Below the pieces are notes generated by a model that ran no database searches, was not told where the DNA came from, and saw only the letters and a program-made list of their open reading frames with translations. Both the position numbers and the translations under genes were made by a program. Below, in pieces: positions 50,712-61,137 of a stretch of 64,000 nt of DNA; within the stretch, counting starts at the first letter, position 1, and each line of letters opens with the position of its first letter. Origin of the DNA: a virus; the IMG/VR virus record IMGVR_UViG_3300010149_000010, one strand, 5' to 3'.

Positions 50712-51174
50712 CGAAATTAAAAAAAACGCTCAAAACGATAAAGCTAAACGTGGCTGGTGGTTTTCTGTTTTCTTCATGATACTTGTAGTAGCACTAATAA
50801 TGTTTCTTTCTTTTGTAGAAATACAAGAAAAGAATAGAGATGTTCTGGTGGGTTTGATAGGCATGATAACTGGCGCTATAAGCTCAATGCTAGCCATAGC
50901 TAGTGGCAGAGACCCTAGCGAAGTCGAGCAGTTAAAAGATGATCTGTCTAATGCAAATGCAGACAGGCAAGCACTCATAGGTAGGCTTCGAGACAGCCAG
51001 ATACAAATGCAGCTTTTAAGAGAGCAAATATTCGAACTTCAAAATGCAGTAATAAACAAACTCTCGTTGTTTGTAAATGAACAACCTATAAAAACAAAAA
51101 GTGAAAACGATGTAACCCTTGACAAGCATGTCGTAGAATGGTTACCCGTTGATCGTAAAAATAATTTAAAATAA
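50701..51174 (+). CDS. 2TM + coiled-coil protein
   Basis: Two hydrophobic helices then heptad region; overlaps cyclase stop. Confidence 0.65.
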   Translation: MLVNEIKKNAQNDKAKRGWWFSVFFMILVVALIMFLSFVEIQEKNRDVLVGLIGMITGAISSMLAIASGRDPSEVEQLKDDLSNANADRQALIGRLRDSQIQMQLLREQIFELQNAVINKLSLFVNEQPIKTKSENDVTLDKHVVEWLPVDRKNNLK

Positions 51175-51183
51175 GGAATTATC

Positions 51184-53006
51184 ATGCTCAACAAGCAATT
51201 CAAAAGACTCATTCTCGTTTCTCTAGCAGCTTTCTTCTCTTTCTCATGCCAAAAGCAAGAAAAATCAAAACAAAGCTCTTTCAAACAAGAGCTCCAAGAC
51301 TCTAGTGTCCCTATCCAATTCCTAGATTTCGACACAATTGATATAGAGCCAAGTCACAATTTAGTTTTAGATATGGATTAAAAATGAAAAAATGTTTAGT
51401 AGATTATTATATTGACTCTGAAACCGGTAAAGCAATGTGGTCTTGCAATGAAGGGCTATCTAAATCAGTACACCCAATAACTTCTGAGAGGTGCTGGAGG
51501 TACAATTGTCCTGGAATTAAAAAGCAAGATTTTCTTGCAGCTAAACAATGCAATTATTTGAATTGTGTCAATTTAATTAGAAATAGTAAAAAAGCAAAAT
51601 ATTGCAGTTTAAAATGCAAAAGCAAAGAATCTAGTAGAAGATACCGTTTAAAATCAAAGACTACTTTATGAAAAAAGAAACCATAATAAGTAAAGACAGG
51701 TACAAAAAAAGAATATCAACTTGTTTAGACTGCGAATTCTATTCTGAATCGTTGAATAGATGTAAAAAATGCGGGTGTTTCCTTTTGATAAAAGCTGCAT
51801 TAAGAGATACTAAATGCCCAATTAATAAATGGGCTGAAACTGAATTATCTGCAAAGTGAAGTATGTTTAAATCAATAAAAAAATGGTTCAAAAAACGAAA
51901 ACTAATAAATCGAATCGAAAAAATGTCTCCTAAAGAGATACAACATGTGAAAGATCTTTTGCATTGGTTTACCGAAGAAGAACCTTCTGTTTATTTCAGG
52001 TTAAATGAAGAAGAAATAAGATTTTTAAAAGAAGTTTATTTGATTCCTTGGCAAGAATCAAATTACGACAACAGTTTTTTGAACTGGAATCTTAATACAA
52101 AACACATAGAATTGAACTACCTTCTTAAATGCTTTCATGGTCAGCATGGCTTCATTAAAAGCCAAGAGGCTTTTGATTATATATCCGCTATACAACCCGA
52201 CTTATTAGAGTTCCACCAAAACCTAACCGAAGAAGATATTTTATGTGGCCCATTGAAGTAATTAAAAAAATAAACTCAATCAACGAAACTACAGATCTTC
52301 ATAAACGCGTTAAGGAAGAATTAAAGAACTTTGATTATAAAAAACATTCTTTTAAAATACTTACAAATAGTATAATCTACAAAAGTAGAACATACCATTA
52401 TTTGGTCCCAAATAATGCTTCAGGCAAGCAGATTTTAGACCAAATGCTTTATGACTCATCAAGAGTTGTTTTTATTGATGAGTTAAACGTTTATATCTTT
52501 TAGGTGATTCAATGTCAGATAAATTACCATTTAAATCTAAAAAGTTTCTAGCATACTTAATTGCAGATTTAGGCTGGAAAATATTAATTTTTTATTTTAT
52601 TTTTACTCACGCCAAATCAATTAAAACTTATGAATTTGGTATTATTCTGACTTTAGTCATAGTTTCAGGGTTCATACAGGTAGGTTACATACTTGGACAA
52701 GCCGCCTTAGATAAATACACTTACATTTCAACCACCATAATAAATGATCAAAAAAATCAAATCAAAAAGGATTAAATTTTGTCTTCTTACCACCTAGATA
52801 AAGAGCGCTTCGCTAAACTAACACATTTTATTAATTCTTTGAACAAACTGCTAAGAGAGCACAAGATGTCTATAGAATTTAGTGACGGAGCTTTATTTTC
52901 AAATCTTTCAGGCTACCTAGGCCAGCTTGAAGATAACGCGGATCACTTAATTTTAAGTGATGGAGACAAAGATATAGTAACCTCGAACAAGGAGATAGAT
53001 GTTTAA
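51184..53006 (+). other. Run of small CDSs (lipoprotein-like 51184-51381; Cys-rich 51384-51671 and 51668-51859; 51863-52261; 52243-52503; 2TM 52512-52775; 52779-53006)
   Basis: Packed co-directional ORFs; CxxC clusters; FSC lipobox-like. Confidence 0.55.
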
Positions 53007-53478
53007 CGCCTTCTACATGTGCATGACGTTCAGTATGCTTTCAACTACTTCGCATTTTAGACTGCCACAAAATTCAGTTCAGATAGCTTGTGAGAATGCA
53101 CAATCAATAATAATCGTATCTAAAGAAGAAAAAATAAGCCCTTTCATTCTGTCAGCCTTAATTTTTCATGAAAGTAGATTTTCTCCACACGCAAAATCTA
53201 CTGCTGGAGCTTGTGGCCTCACACAAGTTTTGCCTAAATACGTACCCGCTACATGCAAACAGCTTCAATCTGACACAGGGTTATCGTTGCAAACCGGCGC
53301 TACAATACTATCAATGTGGCTTCAAAAAAAGAAGACCTACAAAGTGGCTCTTCAATGCTATAATTCTGGATATAGATGTCGAAGTAAAACTTACTCAAAA
53401 AACATAATTAGAACTGCTAAAGTTTTAAAACAAACTTATAATAGAACAAGGAAGACCATAGAAAATGCCATCAATTAA
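52999..53478 (+). CDS. Lytic transglycosylase (SLT domain)
   Basis: ALIFHESRF..AKSTAGACGLTQV..GATIL..ALQCYNSG. Confidence 0.88.
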   Translation: MFNAFYMCMTFSMLSTTSHFRLPQNSVQIACENAQSIIIVSKEEKISPFILSALIFHESRFSPHAKSTAGACGLTQVLPKYVPATCKQLQSDTGLSLQTGATILSMWLQKKKTYKVALQCYNSGYRCRSKTYSKNIIRTAKVLKQTYNRTRKTIENAIN

Positions 53479-54187
53479 AGGTACCCTAACTGTAACCAAT
53501 AAAGATTGGAAATATGTTTATAACAGCGTTTTAAATTTTTTAAACGAAGAAGTTGAAAATGCTTACAACAAAGCTAATGCTTTTTACACTAAAATTAAAG
53601 AAGATGGTGTTTCTCAAGAGAATGCCATACAGAACTTTGATACCTTGATTGAAACTTTATCTCCATCTACTTATCAAAAATCTTTAATTAGCTCAGCTTT
53701 ATTTAGTGGAACCAACAGTTACATATACTCGCCTAAGAAAAATAATTTTAAGCGATACACAAACAGAACTGTTTTCGTTGACATAGGAAGCATCAAACTC
53801 GACATTGATAAAAAGAATTGCACTATCAACTTGGAGACTCAATCTTTTCAAGATTTTGATTCTTACATCCTCGTTAATACTTTTCTGAGTGAGTTTATAA
53901 ACATGGTAAATACCATTCCTTGGCCTACAAGGAATGGTCCCAGCAAAGCTGTGCGAGGTTGCAAGCTCTTTACAGTTGAGTCTGACGAAAGCACTATTAC
54001 TGTTTTTTACAAATCAGGACCTAGACCTCCAGAGCTCAACAATTCTTACACTATTAACGACATCACTACCGGAGAGCCAAACCATCTATCCTCTACAATC
54101 ATGAAGTCTATGCAATACGTGTCTTCTTCTCAAGAAGAAACAGCCCAACCAATTCCTGAAGCTATTGATAGCTTCGATGATTTTTGA
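53465..54187 (+). CDS. Hypothetical protein
   Basis: 240-aa ORF with acidic tip. Confidence 0.6.
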   Translation: MPSIKGTLTVTNKDWKYVYNSVLNFLNEEVENAYNKANAFYTKIKEDGVSQENAIQNFDTLIETLSPSTYQKSLISSALFSGTNSYIYSPKKNNFKRYTNRTVFVDIGSIKLDIDKKNCTINLETQSFQDFDSYILVNTFLSEFINMVNTIPWPTRNGPSKAVRGCKLFTVESDESTITVFYKSGPRPPELNNSYTINDITTGEPNHLSSTIMKSMQYVSSSQEETAQPIPEAIDSFDDF

Positions 54188-54199
54188 AAAAGAAAACTA

Positions 54200-54526
54200 A
54201 TGACCACTAAATCAACTTCTTACACTATTGATAAAGAACTTGTAGAAACTCTTGTTAATGACAATTACAATAATTCTTCATCCCCAACGAGATACGGCAA
54301 AACTCGACTCATTTCGACTCAACTTTTATCAAAAGTTTTTAACGCCTATCTTGACATTGCAGAAAAATCTTGTAATTTTACAGAATTAGACAACCTATCA
54401 GATGAAGAAGAGCGCACCTTCAACAAAGCGATAGCAAAAAACTTTCTTTTTATATTAAGTCTTATTCATGCAAATGACTCTTCCGTTGAAGATGTTCTAA
54501 AGTCAGTAGACAACTTTAATGACTGA
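54200..54526 (+). CDS. Hypothetical protein
   Basis: 108-aa ORF. Confidence 0.55.
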   Translation: MTTKSTSYTIDKELVETLVNDNYNNSSSPTRYGKTRLISTQLLSKVFNAYLDIAEKSCNFTELDNLSDEEERTFNKAIAKNFLFILSLIHANDSSVEDVLKSVDNFND

Positions 54527-55256
54527 AAGAAAAAGAATATTTTTATACGAAGAAGCTTCTAAAACTCCGGGATATGTAGAGCTCCTAGATTATCTAGGCG
54601 ATGATGGCTTAACCTGTGTAAACGCAGCCAGAGTCTCTTTTAATAAGAAAAGTAGCCATTTTAAAGAAAAAGATAAAAAACTTTTAAATTACTTAATTAA
54701 AGAAAAACACACTTCTGTTCTTGAGCATAATGTTTTGACTTTTTCGTTTAAGGTGCCAATCTTCGTTGCAAGACAGCACATGAGGCATCGCACTTGGAGC
54801 TTTAATGAGATATCAAGACGCTATACAGATGTCGACATTGATTTCTACACTCCTTCTAAGTTCAGAATCCAATCAGAATCTAATCGTCAAGCCTCTTTAG
54901 AAAAAGAAGATTTTGATCCTATAATTTCCGAAATTGAAGGCTTAAATGAAACATGGCCGACAACAGCATCTCAAGCGTTGTTAGATCAAACCAAAAGTAG
55001 TTTAAAAGCATTTAACCTCATGACGAGTGCAGGTGTTGCTCGAGAACAAGCTAGAATGATTTTGCCTCAAAATCTTTACACACAATACTGGGGTACAGTT
55101 AATCTTAATAATTTTTTAAAATTCCTGTCTTCAAGAGATCATGAAGCTGCTCAATATGAAATTCAGCTAATGGCTAAAGCGTGCAAAGAATTGGCTCGGC
55201 AAGTATGGCCAAACTTAATAGAAACTTATGAAACCCAACTGGAAACTAATGCATAA
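54519..55256 (+). CDS. thyX: Flavin-dependent thymidylate synthase
   Basis: NAARVS, HTSVLEH, RQHMRHRTWSFNEISRRY (RHRx7S), AREQARMILP, AQYEI. Confidence 0.96.
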   Translation: MTERKRIFLYEEASKTPGYVELLDYLGDDGLTCVNAARVSFNKKSSHFKEKDKKLLNYLIKEKHTSVLEHNVLTFSFKVPIFVARQHMRHRTWSFNEISRRYTDVDIDFYTPSKFRIQSESNRQASLEKEDFDPIISEIEGLNETWPTTASQALLDQTKSSLKAFNLMTSAGVAREQARMILPQNLYTQYWGTVNLNNFLKFLSSRDHEAAQYEIQLMAKACKELARQVWPNLIETYETQLETNA

Positions 55257-55593
55257 AAATATAAACAAGTGGTTAGGTGAGGGTCAAATTAAAGGTGATT
55301 TTACCCTTCGCCAAACTCAAAACAATTATAAAGTCACTAATTTTTTATTGAAGATCAATACAGCTTACAAAGTTGAAGATCAATATTCTGGGTTGGCTAC
55401 ATATAAAGAAGAAGTGGTTTATGTTCCTGTTGTAGCATGGAACAAACTCGCTCAATCTATCGTAGAAAAATACAACTCAAACGACATTGTAAGGGTTGTT
55501 GGAAGGCTTAAAAATTCCAACAAATTTGATTCTTCAAAAGACCCTAGCTGGGAAATAGTTTTAGAAGACATATCTTTAATCAAATCTTCTTAA
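55249..55593 (+). CDS. ssb: Single-stranded DNA-binding protein (OB fold)
   Basis: INKWLGEG..LRQT..VVAWNKLA..VRVVGRL..EIV. Confidence 0.75.
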   Translation: MHKNINKWLGEGQIKGDFTLRQTQNNYKVTNFLLKINTAYKVEDQYSGLATYKEEVVYVPVVAWNKLAQSIVEKYNSNDIVRVVGRLKNSNKFDSSKDPSWEIVLEDISLIKSS

Positions 55594-56484
55594 ACTTTTT
55601 GCTTCTTCTAAAATGCTTTCCATGTCCAATGAGGCGCAATCAATTTTGTTTCTAGTTAAGTTGTAATGATTTACAAAAGAAGGGCCACTGCACTTTTTTG
55701 CTTCTTCGCAAACTCCTTTTTCTAGATTTACGTCCAAACTCATTCCAGTAGCATTAGAAACTGCTTCCCACAAAGCGGCTAAAGCTTTTAACTGCACCGG
55801 ATAGAAGTCTAAGTGCTCTCCCAGATCTACTTCATGCACTTCAGACCTAACGACAGGTCTCTCTCCAAAACCGTTCTTTACATACCAAGATTGGTATTTT
55901 TTGTAAAACGCATTGGATATTTCAACACCTATCCCATTTACGTTCCAAAATTTAGATCCTGCCTGCCAAGCAGGATTTTGAACATCTAGCATCTGATAAA
56001 TTGTTCCATCATTATCAATCAGAAAATGCATAGACAAGCCTCTCTTATTGATAATTCTCGCGCAAGCTTCACTAGATAAAGTTGCGTCCCAGTGATTAAC
56101 AAACTGAACAGGCTTCCTTAAGGGCTTGTCAGACCAATCGTAATATGTTCCTGCTTTTGATTTTAACCCTCCGCGTTCATTCCAAAGAATTATTTTATCC
56201 CAATGTATAGGATATTTTGCCCCATTGTATACAATGCTTTTTTCACCTTTCCTTCTATTCCTTCTTGAAGGCTTAAAATCCCCTTCCGCTAAAGAATGAG
56301 TTTCTAACCTTCTGTAAGTTACAGGGCCCACAATACCATCTTTTTCCAAGGAGTACTCGTCTTGAAAAGATATAATTAATTCAATTAGTTCTTCATCAAA
56401 ATCATCATGCCCAAACCAGTTTGGTGTCCAGCCATATTTTTTAGAAGAATTTATATTTTTCTTTATTATTTTATTCATATTCAT
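55576..56484 (-). CDS. Endolysin: PG-binding domain + N-acetylmuramoyl-L-alanine amidase
   Basis: FQDEYSLEKDGIVGPVT (PG_binding_1-like); NHWD..SMHFLIDNDGTIYQ..AWQAG..GIGVEI..NH..DC (Amidase_2-like). Confidence 0.88.
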   Translation of the reverse strand: MNMNKIIKKNINSSKKYGWTPNWFGHDDFDEELIELIISFQDEYSLEKDGIVGPVTYRRLETHSLAEGDFKPSRRNRRKGEKSIVYNGAKYPIHWDKIILWNERGGLKSKAGTYYDWSDKPLRKPVQFVNHWDATLSSEACARIINKRGLSMHFLIDNDGTIYQMLDVQNPAWQAGSKFWNVNGIGVEISNAFYKKYQSWYVKNGFGERPVVRSEVHEVDLGEHLDFYPVQLKALAALWEAVSNATGMSLDVNLEKGVCEEAKKCSGPSFVNHYNLTRNKIDCASLDMESILEEAKSLRRFD

Positions 56485-56614
56485 ATTGTAACCAAAATTA
56501 ATTTGCTTTTATGCACAAAAAGGATTGTAATGCTTATTACAACTAACAAGCTAATAGAAACTGCTAAAATTATCTTCAACACAATCGCAATGTTGATGTT
56601 AATATGGGTCTAAA

Positions 56615-57223
56615 ATGATTTCAATATATTTTCCTTCAATAGTTACAACTATTTTATCAAGTTTAGGGTTTATTTTTTTAAGTTTAATACTACATAAACT
56701 TTTAATATTCATTGAATGGAAAATATTCAAAAATTCTAAGCCGCAATCGCCTTTAGAATACAAAGCTTTTCTTCTTGAAAAAGAAAACGAAAACTTAAAA
56801 ACACAAATTACAAACCTGGAGCAAGAAAACTCTAAATTTGTAAACTTATTAATCAAACACATGTGAGATATAAAAATGCCAAAGTACAACATTACTTTCA
56901 ATGTAAAACTAGATGAACAATTAACTATCGCAATCAATGCAAGCAATGAAACCGATGCTTTAACTGCAGCTGATGTCATTGCTTGCGAAATTGCATCAGA
57001 TCCAGAATTCCTTGCAGATCAGCTGCAATTGCATTGCACAGATATCGAGCCGCAAGTTGCCTCTTACGTTTCGCTAACTTCCGCTCGAACCCCACATCCA
57101 AGTGCTCAGTCTAACGACGCCAGCTACACTTCTTTAGCATCTCTTCACACGCAAGCTCCTCAACCTTGCTCACCTTGTCGCAATCCGTCTACACATAACT
57201 CAGGTTACACTCGCCTAATTTAA
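56615..57223 (+). other. Two small hypothetical CDSs (56615-56866 TM + coil; 56876-57223)
   Basis: ORF track, packing. Confidence 0.5.
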
Positions 57224-57276
57224 TCCCTTTTCCACCTGTATAAAAATAAAATGTATATAAATCAGTAAATACACAA

Positions 57277-58059
57277 GTGTACTTTTATGAAAGATACACT
57301 TTGCTTAAAAAATTTCACTACGAAGATGGCCAACTTAAGTACCATCAAAAAATAAGAAAAAAAATATTTGAAGATTTAAATTTCCTGCCCACTAGCTTTT
57401 GGGACCTCAACCCAATAATTAGCGGCAGTTACGCAATCAATCTTCTCTTTAAACCACAATCCTTTTATGATGACGTAGACTTCTACTTTGAATTTCAAGA
57501 CCAATATGATGAAGCAAAAGCTATTCTTAATGGTTTTTCAGAAGAAGCTTCTTCTTTGAATTGTCAAACTTTTACAATTGGAAATAAAAAAATACAGCTT
57601 GTTAGTAAGTTTTTTAACTCTCCGCAAAACATAATATTTGCACATGATTTTAAGAATTCTTCAATAGCAATCACGAAAGACTGGATATATATAGACTCAG
57701 TAATATTTAAATTATACTATGAGTCTTTACTTTCAATTCGTTCTACTCAAATTGACCCTACAATGACAGAAGAAGCTACAGTCAAAAAAATTGCTTTGCT
57801 TTTTAACAGAATTCTAAAATACACAAGCCGCTACGATTTAACTTTGGATGATGAATCAATTCAAATTTTAAAATCTTTGCGAACCTATCTTACTAATACT
57901 CCAATTGAAACTACCAAAAGTATTTTGATAAATACAACCATTTACTACGACGGTAACCATTCTCCTTATCAAAATAATCTTAGAACTATTCTTGAAATAA
58001 AAGAACATTTAGACGCATTTTTGTTCCCCTATGATCAGCTGCCTACTCTTTGTTTTTAA
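57277..58059 (+). CDS. Nucleotidyltransferase, CCA/poly(A) polymerase head-like
   Basis: ISGSY..DDVDFYF, IQLV, HDFKNSSIAI, RILKY motifs. Confidence 0.7.
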   Translation: MYFYERYTLLKKFHYEDGQLKYHQKIRKKIFEDLNFLPTSFWDLNPIISGSYAINLLFKPQSFYDDVDFYFEFQDQYDEAKAILNGFSEEASSLNCQTFTIGNKKIQLVSKFFNSPQNIIFAHDFKNSSIAITKDWIYIDSVIFKLYYESLLSIRSTQIDPTMTEEATVKKIALLFNRILKYTSRYDLTLDDESIQILKSLRTYLTNTPIETTKSILINTTIYYDGNHSPYQNNLRTILEIKEHLDAFLFPYDQLPTLCF

Positions 58060-58286
58060 GATATCATTCCTGCAAGGACTATATGAGAATTATCTGTTTA
58101 AATACTCAAGATTGTGGCCACACAAGAAAACTTTCTCATCAAGAAATAAAAGAAATAAACGTAAATGCTCCTTTTTCTAACTGCGAACTTTGCGGTTATT
58201 ATGCACTTACTACTACCAATAATGTAACAGAAGATTTAAATTTAAGTAAAATTGCAACTATTTTGCAAAGCTTTAAAGAAAGATAA
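58050..58286 (+). CDS. Small zinc-ribbon protein
   Basis: C-x4-C..CELCG. Confidence 0.5.
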   Translation: MFLRYHSCKDYMRIICLNTQDCGHTRKLSHQEIKEINVNAPFSNCELCGYYALTTTNNVTEDLNLSKIATILQSFKER

Positions 58287-58287
58287 A

Positions 58288-61134
58288 ATGAGATTTTATA
58301 ATTTTTTCACAAATATAAAAAACAGTCCTTGCAACGAAGATAAAAAAGAAATAGCTAGGATTAAACAAATGCTAATTCATGGAGAAGACCAGACATTTTA
58401 TTCTCCTGCTACAGAATTCAATAGAATCAGCCAGGATACTGTTAATTCTATTGAATTCATGAAACAATTAAACCCCACTGTTTTCCAAACCATTGAGAGT
58501 CAAACTTTACCCTTCTTAAGCTTTTTAAATCGAAAGCAAAGTGCTGCACACTATATAAGAAGCAACAATCCGCAAACAGCTTTTCTTAGAGAGCTGCAGG
58601 CTGCTGGAAATGTAAGGGATTTAGACGCTAAGATTTCTGTAATCTATAGTTTATTTACGCACATTACACACCGCTCTTGTTTTATTTCAGATTTTTTCAA
58701 AAGTAATTCTAGAGCTCCTAATAAAAACTTTTTATATTTGTTAAAAGTTTTTGAAAACACCCATAACCTTTCAAATCAATATCATCTCAATTTAGAAGCT
58801 CATCAACACTTTTTAGAAAATGGTCATGTTTGCTGGGTCGACTCTTTGGAGCACTGCCAGTCTCTAAACGATACGGCTTCTTCAACCCCGATAAAAGAAA
58901 TAGCTAAAATTTACATTGCTTTTTTTGAGCATTTATTAAAAAAAAAAAATAATATTGAAGATAACAATCATCATTCGCTAGGCAGCCTGATCTGGAACAC
59001 TCTTTATCAAACTGACAATAATCCCAATTTCCTTCATCTAACTTTTGAAAAGCCTACTGAGGTTTTATTGAATCTTACAGAAAAGCAAATCAAAGACAAA
59101 ATAGCTATGTTTTCGTCAATTGAAATTTTCAATTACCTCCAGATGAACTCACTCGAAAGTACAGATAACGAAAAGGTATACAGCCATTTTTCTAATCAAT
59201 TTTTTACTAAATTTAAAGAAAACAGCGAAGATCCCAATCTTTCAAATGAAAACAATTTGATTAAAATCGATTCCAATCCTATTGACTTGCGATTCACCTC
59301 ATCTAACCTTAATGAAACCACTTGGACCTATTCCAACTTGTTTGCTCGCAATAATCAAGACACAATACAGTGCTTCCCCCCTAAAGGTGATGGAAGAAGT
59401 AATTCTCAATACATACCTCTAGCAGGCACTACTGGTTTGTTAATTGATGACACATCAGGCAAATATGCAAGTCTTGATGTCGCTTCTTCTCTTCAAGCTA
59501 ATCCAAATAAACGTGTTTTTGGTTTAATGCTTAATGCTTTTACCAAAGCCACACTGAAGCCTTCTTTTGAATTCATCACTCTAACTAAAAAACAGGCTTT
59601 AATCAGAAAAGGGTTTTTCATTCCAGTTCTATTAAAATTCCTATCTTGTAATGAAGAAGGGGCAATTGAAACAGCTTACAACTTTTCTTTAATGAATTAT
59701 AGCGACAATCTTAGTTCTATTATTAAAAGAAAGAGAAGCAGAGACCAAATTATAGCCTTCTACAACGCTTACGGCGAAGATGGTTTAAGGTTAATAAACT
59801 ACCAAAAGTTCTTACTTGACCAAAAAAAAAAGATAAAAAAACTAGCCGAATATTCTTTCGCTAACGCTCCTACTTTTAGCAATTATAGTTCTGTTGAAAT
59901 CAACCAACTACTCTCATGCTTGAATTCAATCAAGAACAGTCACTCAAAAAAAGCTAGCCAATCTTTAGTAACTTTTAGCGATAAGCTAACCGCTAAATTA
60001 AATCTCGAACCTTCAATAACTAAAAAGTACAACAAAGTAAGCTCCAATTACAAAAAACTTGTATCGCAAAACACTGAAGAAAGAGGTCTTGTCTCTGATT
60101 TTGCTCGCAACATAGAGCAAGGAAATATGAATATTGAAGGGCTAACCAGAACCATTCAAGAGAATCAAAACAGAATGAAGGAAATGAAAAAACAACTCTC
60201 TGAAAGCACATTACATTTGAAAACTAGCTTTAATAAAAGAGTTGACCTTATTGAAACAATATGCGCAAACAAATCATTATACTTGAAAGTTTTAAAAGAT
60301 TACAATAAAGCTACTGAAATAGCTTTAAGCCAACAAGACTACTCTCAAAACGATTTTTTTAAAAACATTTATGAAACTGAATCTGTAAAAATACTTTCAA
60401 TAGCTAGTTCTAAACAAATCATCGATTGCACAAATTCTGAGAATTACCTTGACGACTTAGCTACAAAAATTGCAGGCAAGAAGGAAAACTTTTTAATTAA
60501 AGAAGTAATTTTCCTTATAGACGCGCCTGTAAAGATAAATGTTGATGGCGGGCGCAAAGGACAAATTGTAGGTGGCCCTTATCTCGTTGCTGTCAAAAAA
60601 GACGAACTTAAAATCAAGCTCGCCTACCCAAGCTCTATTCACGGCTATTCTGACGAATCTAAAAAAATTTACATCCACCCTCATTCAGGTTCATGTCAAG
60701 CTTTAAGTCTTATCAATTATTTTCAACAATTAGAAAGTCATGAACCTGACCATTACTGGTCAAGAGCTTGTCTTGGCGAAGCCTCTTCTTTGATCTATCG
60801 CGCTTTTGAAAAAGAAAATGACCTTAAATTAATCTTAATTTCAGCGTTAACTTGGGTTAAAAACGCAAACAGCGCTGACACTTGGGGTAAAAATTATAAG
60901 TATTTCCCTAAATACTCTCAGATCCAAGAGGAGTTGTCAACTCCTCTCTTAAATCAACAAGAAATCACTGAAGAAGACGTAGGCGATTTCATTGAAGAGA
61001 TGATCGTTTCTGAAGAAGAAAACCTCCAAGAAGAGCCCAACCAACAACAACCACTTCAACAAGAACAAGAAAATGTAACAGAAGCTCATACTGAACCTGT
61101 CTCGCAGGTTTACGTACCGTATACACAAAGGTAA
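58288..61134 (+). CDS. Large protein with coiled coil and C-terminal prokaryotic E2-like domain
   Basis: GPYLVAV..IHPH (60676-60684)..ACLGE (Cys 60769)..NSADTWG pattern; adjacent to JAB, E1 and Ubl genes. Confidence 0.65.
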   Translation: MRFYNFFTNIKNSPCNEDKKEIARIKQMLIHGEDQTFYSPATEFNRISQDTVNSIEFMKQLNPTVFQTIESQTLPFLSFLNRKQSAAHYIRSNNPQTAFLRELQAAGNVRDLDAKISVIYSLFTHITHRSCFISDFFKSNSRAPNKNFLYLLKVFENTHNLSNQYHLNLEAHQHFLENGHVCWVDSLEHCQSLNDTASSTPIKEIAKIYIAFFEHLLKKKNNIEDNNHHSLGSLIWNTLYQTDNNPNFLHLTFEKPTEVLLNLTEKQIKDKIAMFSSIEIFNYLQMNSLESTDNEKVYSHFSNQFFTKFKENSEDPNLSNENNLIKIDSNPIDLRFTSSNLNETTWTYSNLFARNNQDTIQCFPPKGDGRSNSQYIPLAGTTGLLIDDTSGKYASLDVASSLQANPNKRVFGLMLNAFTKATLKPSFEFITLTKKQALIRKGFFIPVLLKFLSCNEEGAIETAYNFSLMNYSDNLSSIIKRKRSRDQIIAFYNAYGEDGLRLINYQKFLLDQKKKIKKLAEYSFANAPTFSNYSSVEINQLLSCLNSIKNSHSKKASQSLVTFSDKLTAKLNLEPSITKKYNKVSSNYKKLVSQNTEERGLVSDFARNIEQGNMNIEGLTRTIQENQNRMKEMKKQLSESTLHLKTSFNKRVDLIETICANKSLYLKVLKDYNKATEIALSQQDYSQNDFFKNIYETESVKILSIASSKQIIDCTNSENYLDDLATKIAGKKENFLIKEVIFLIDAPVKINVDGGRKGQIVGGPYLVAVKKDELKIKLAYPSSIHGYSDESKKIYIHPHSGSCQALSLINYFQQLESHEPDHYWSRACLGEASSLIYRAFEKENDLKLILISALTWVKNANSADTWGKNYKYFPKYSQIQEELSTPLLNQQEITEEDVGDFIEEMIVSEEENLQEEPNQQQPLQQEQENVTEAHTEPVSQVYVPYTQR

Positions 61135-61137
61135 AAA

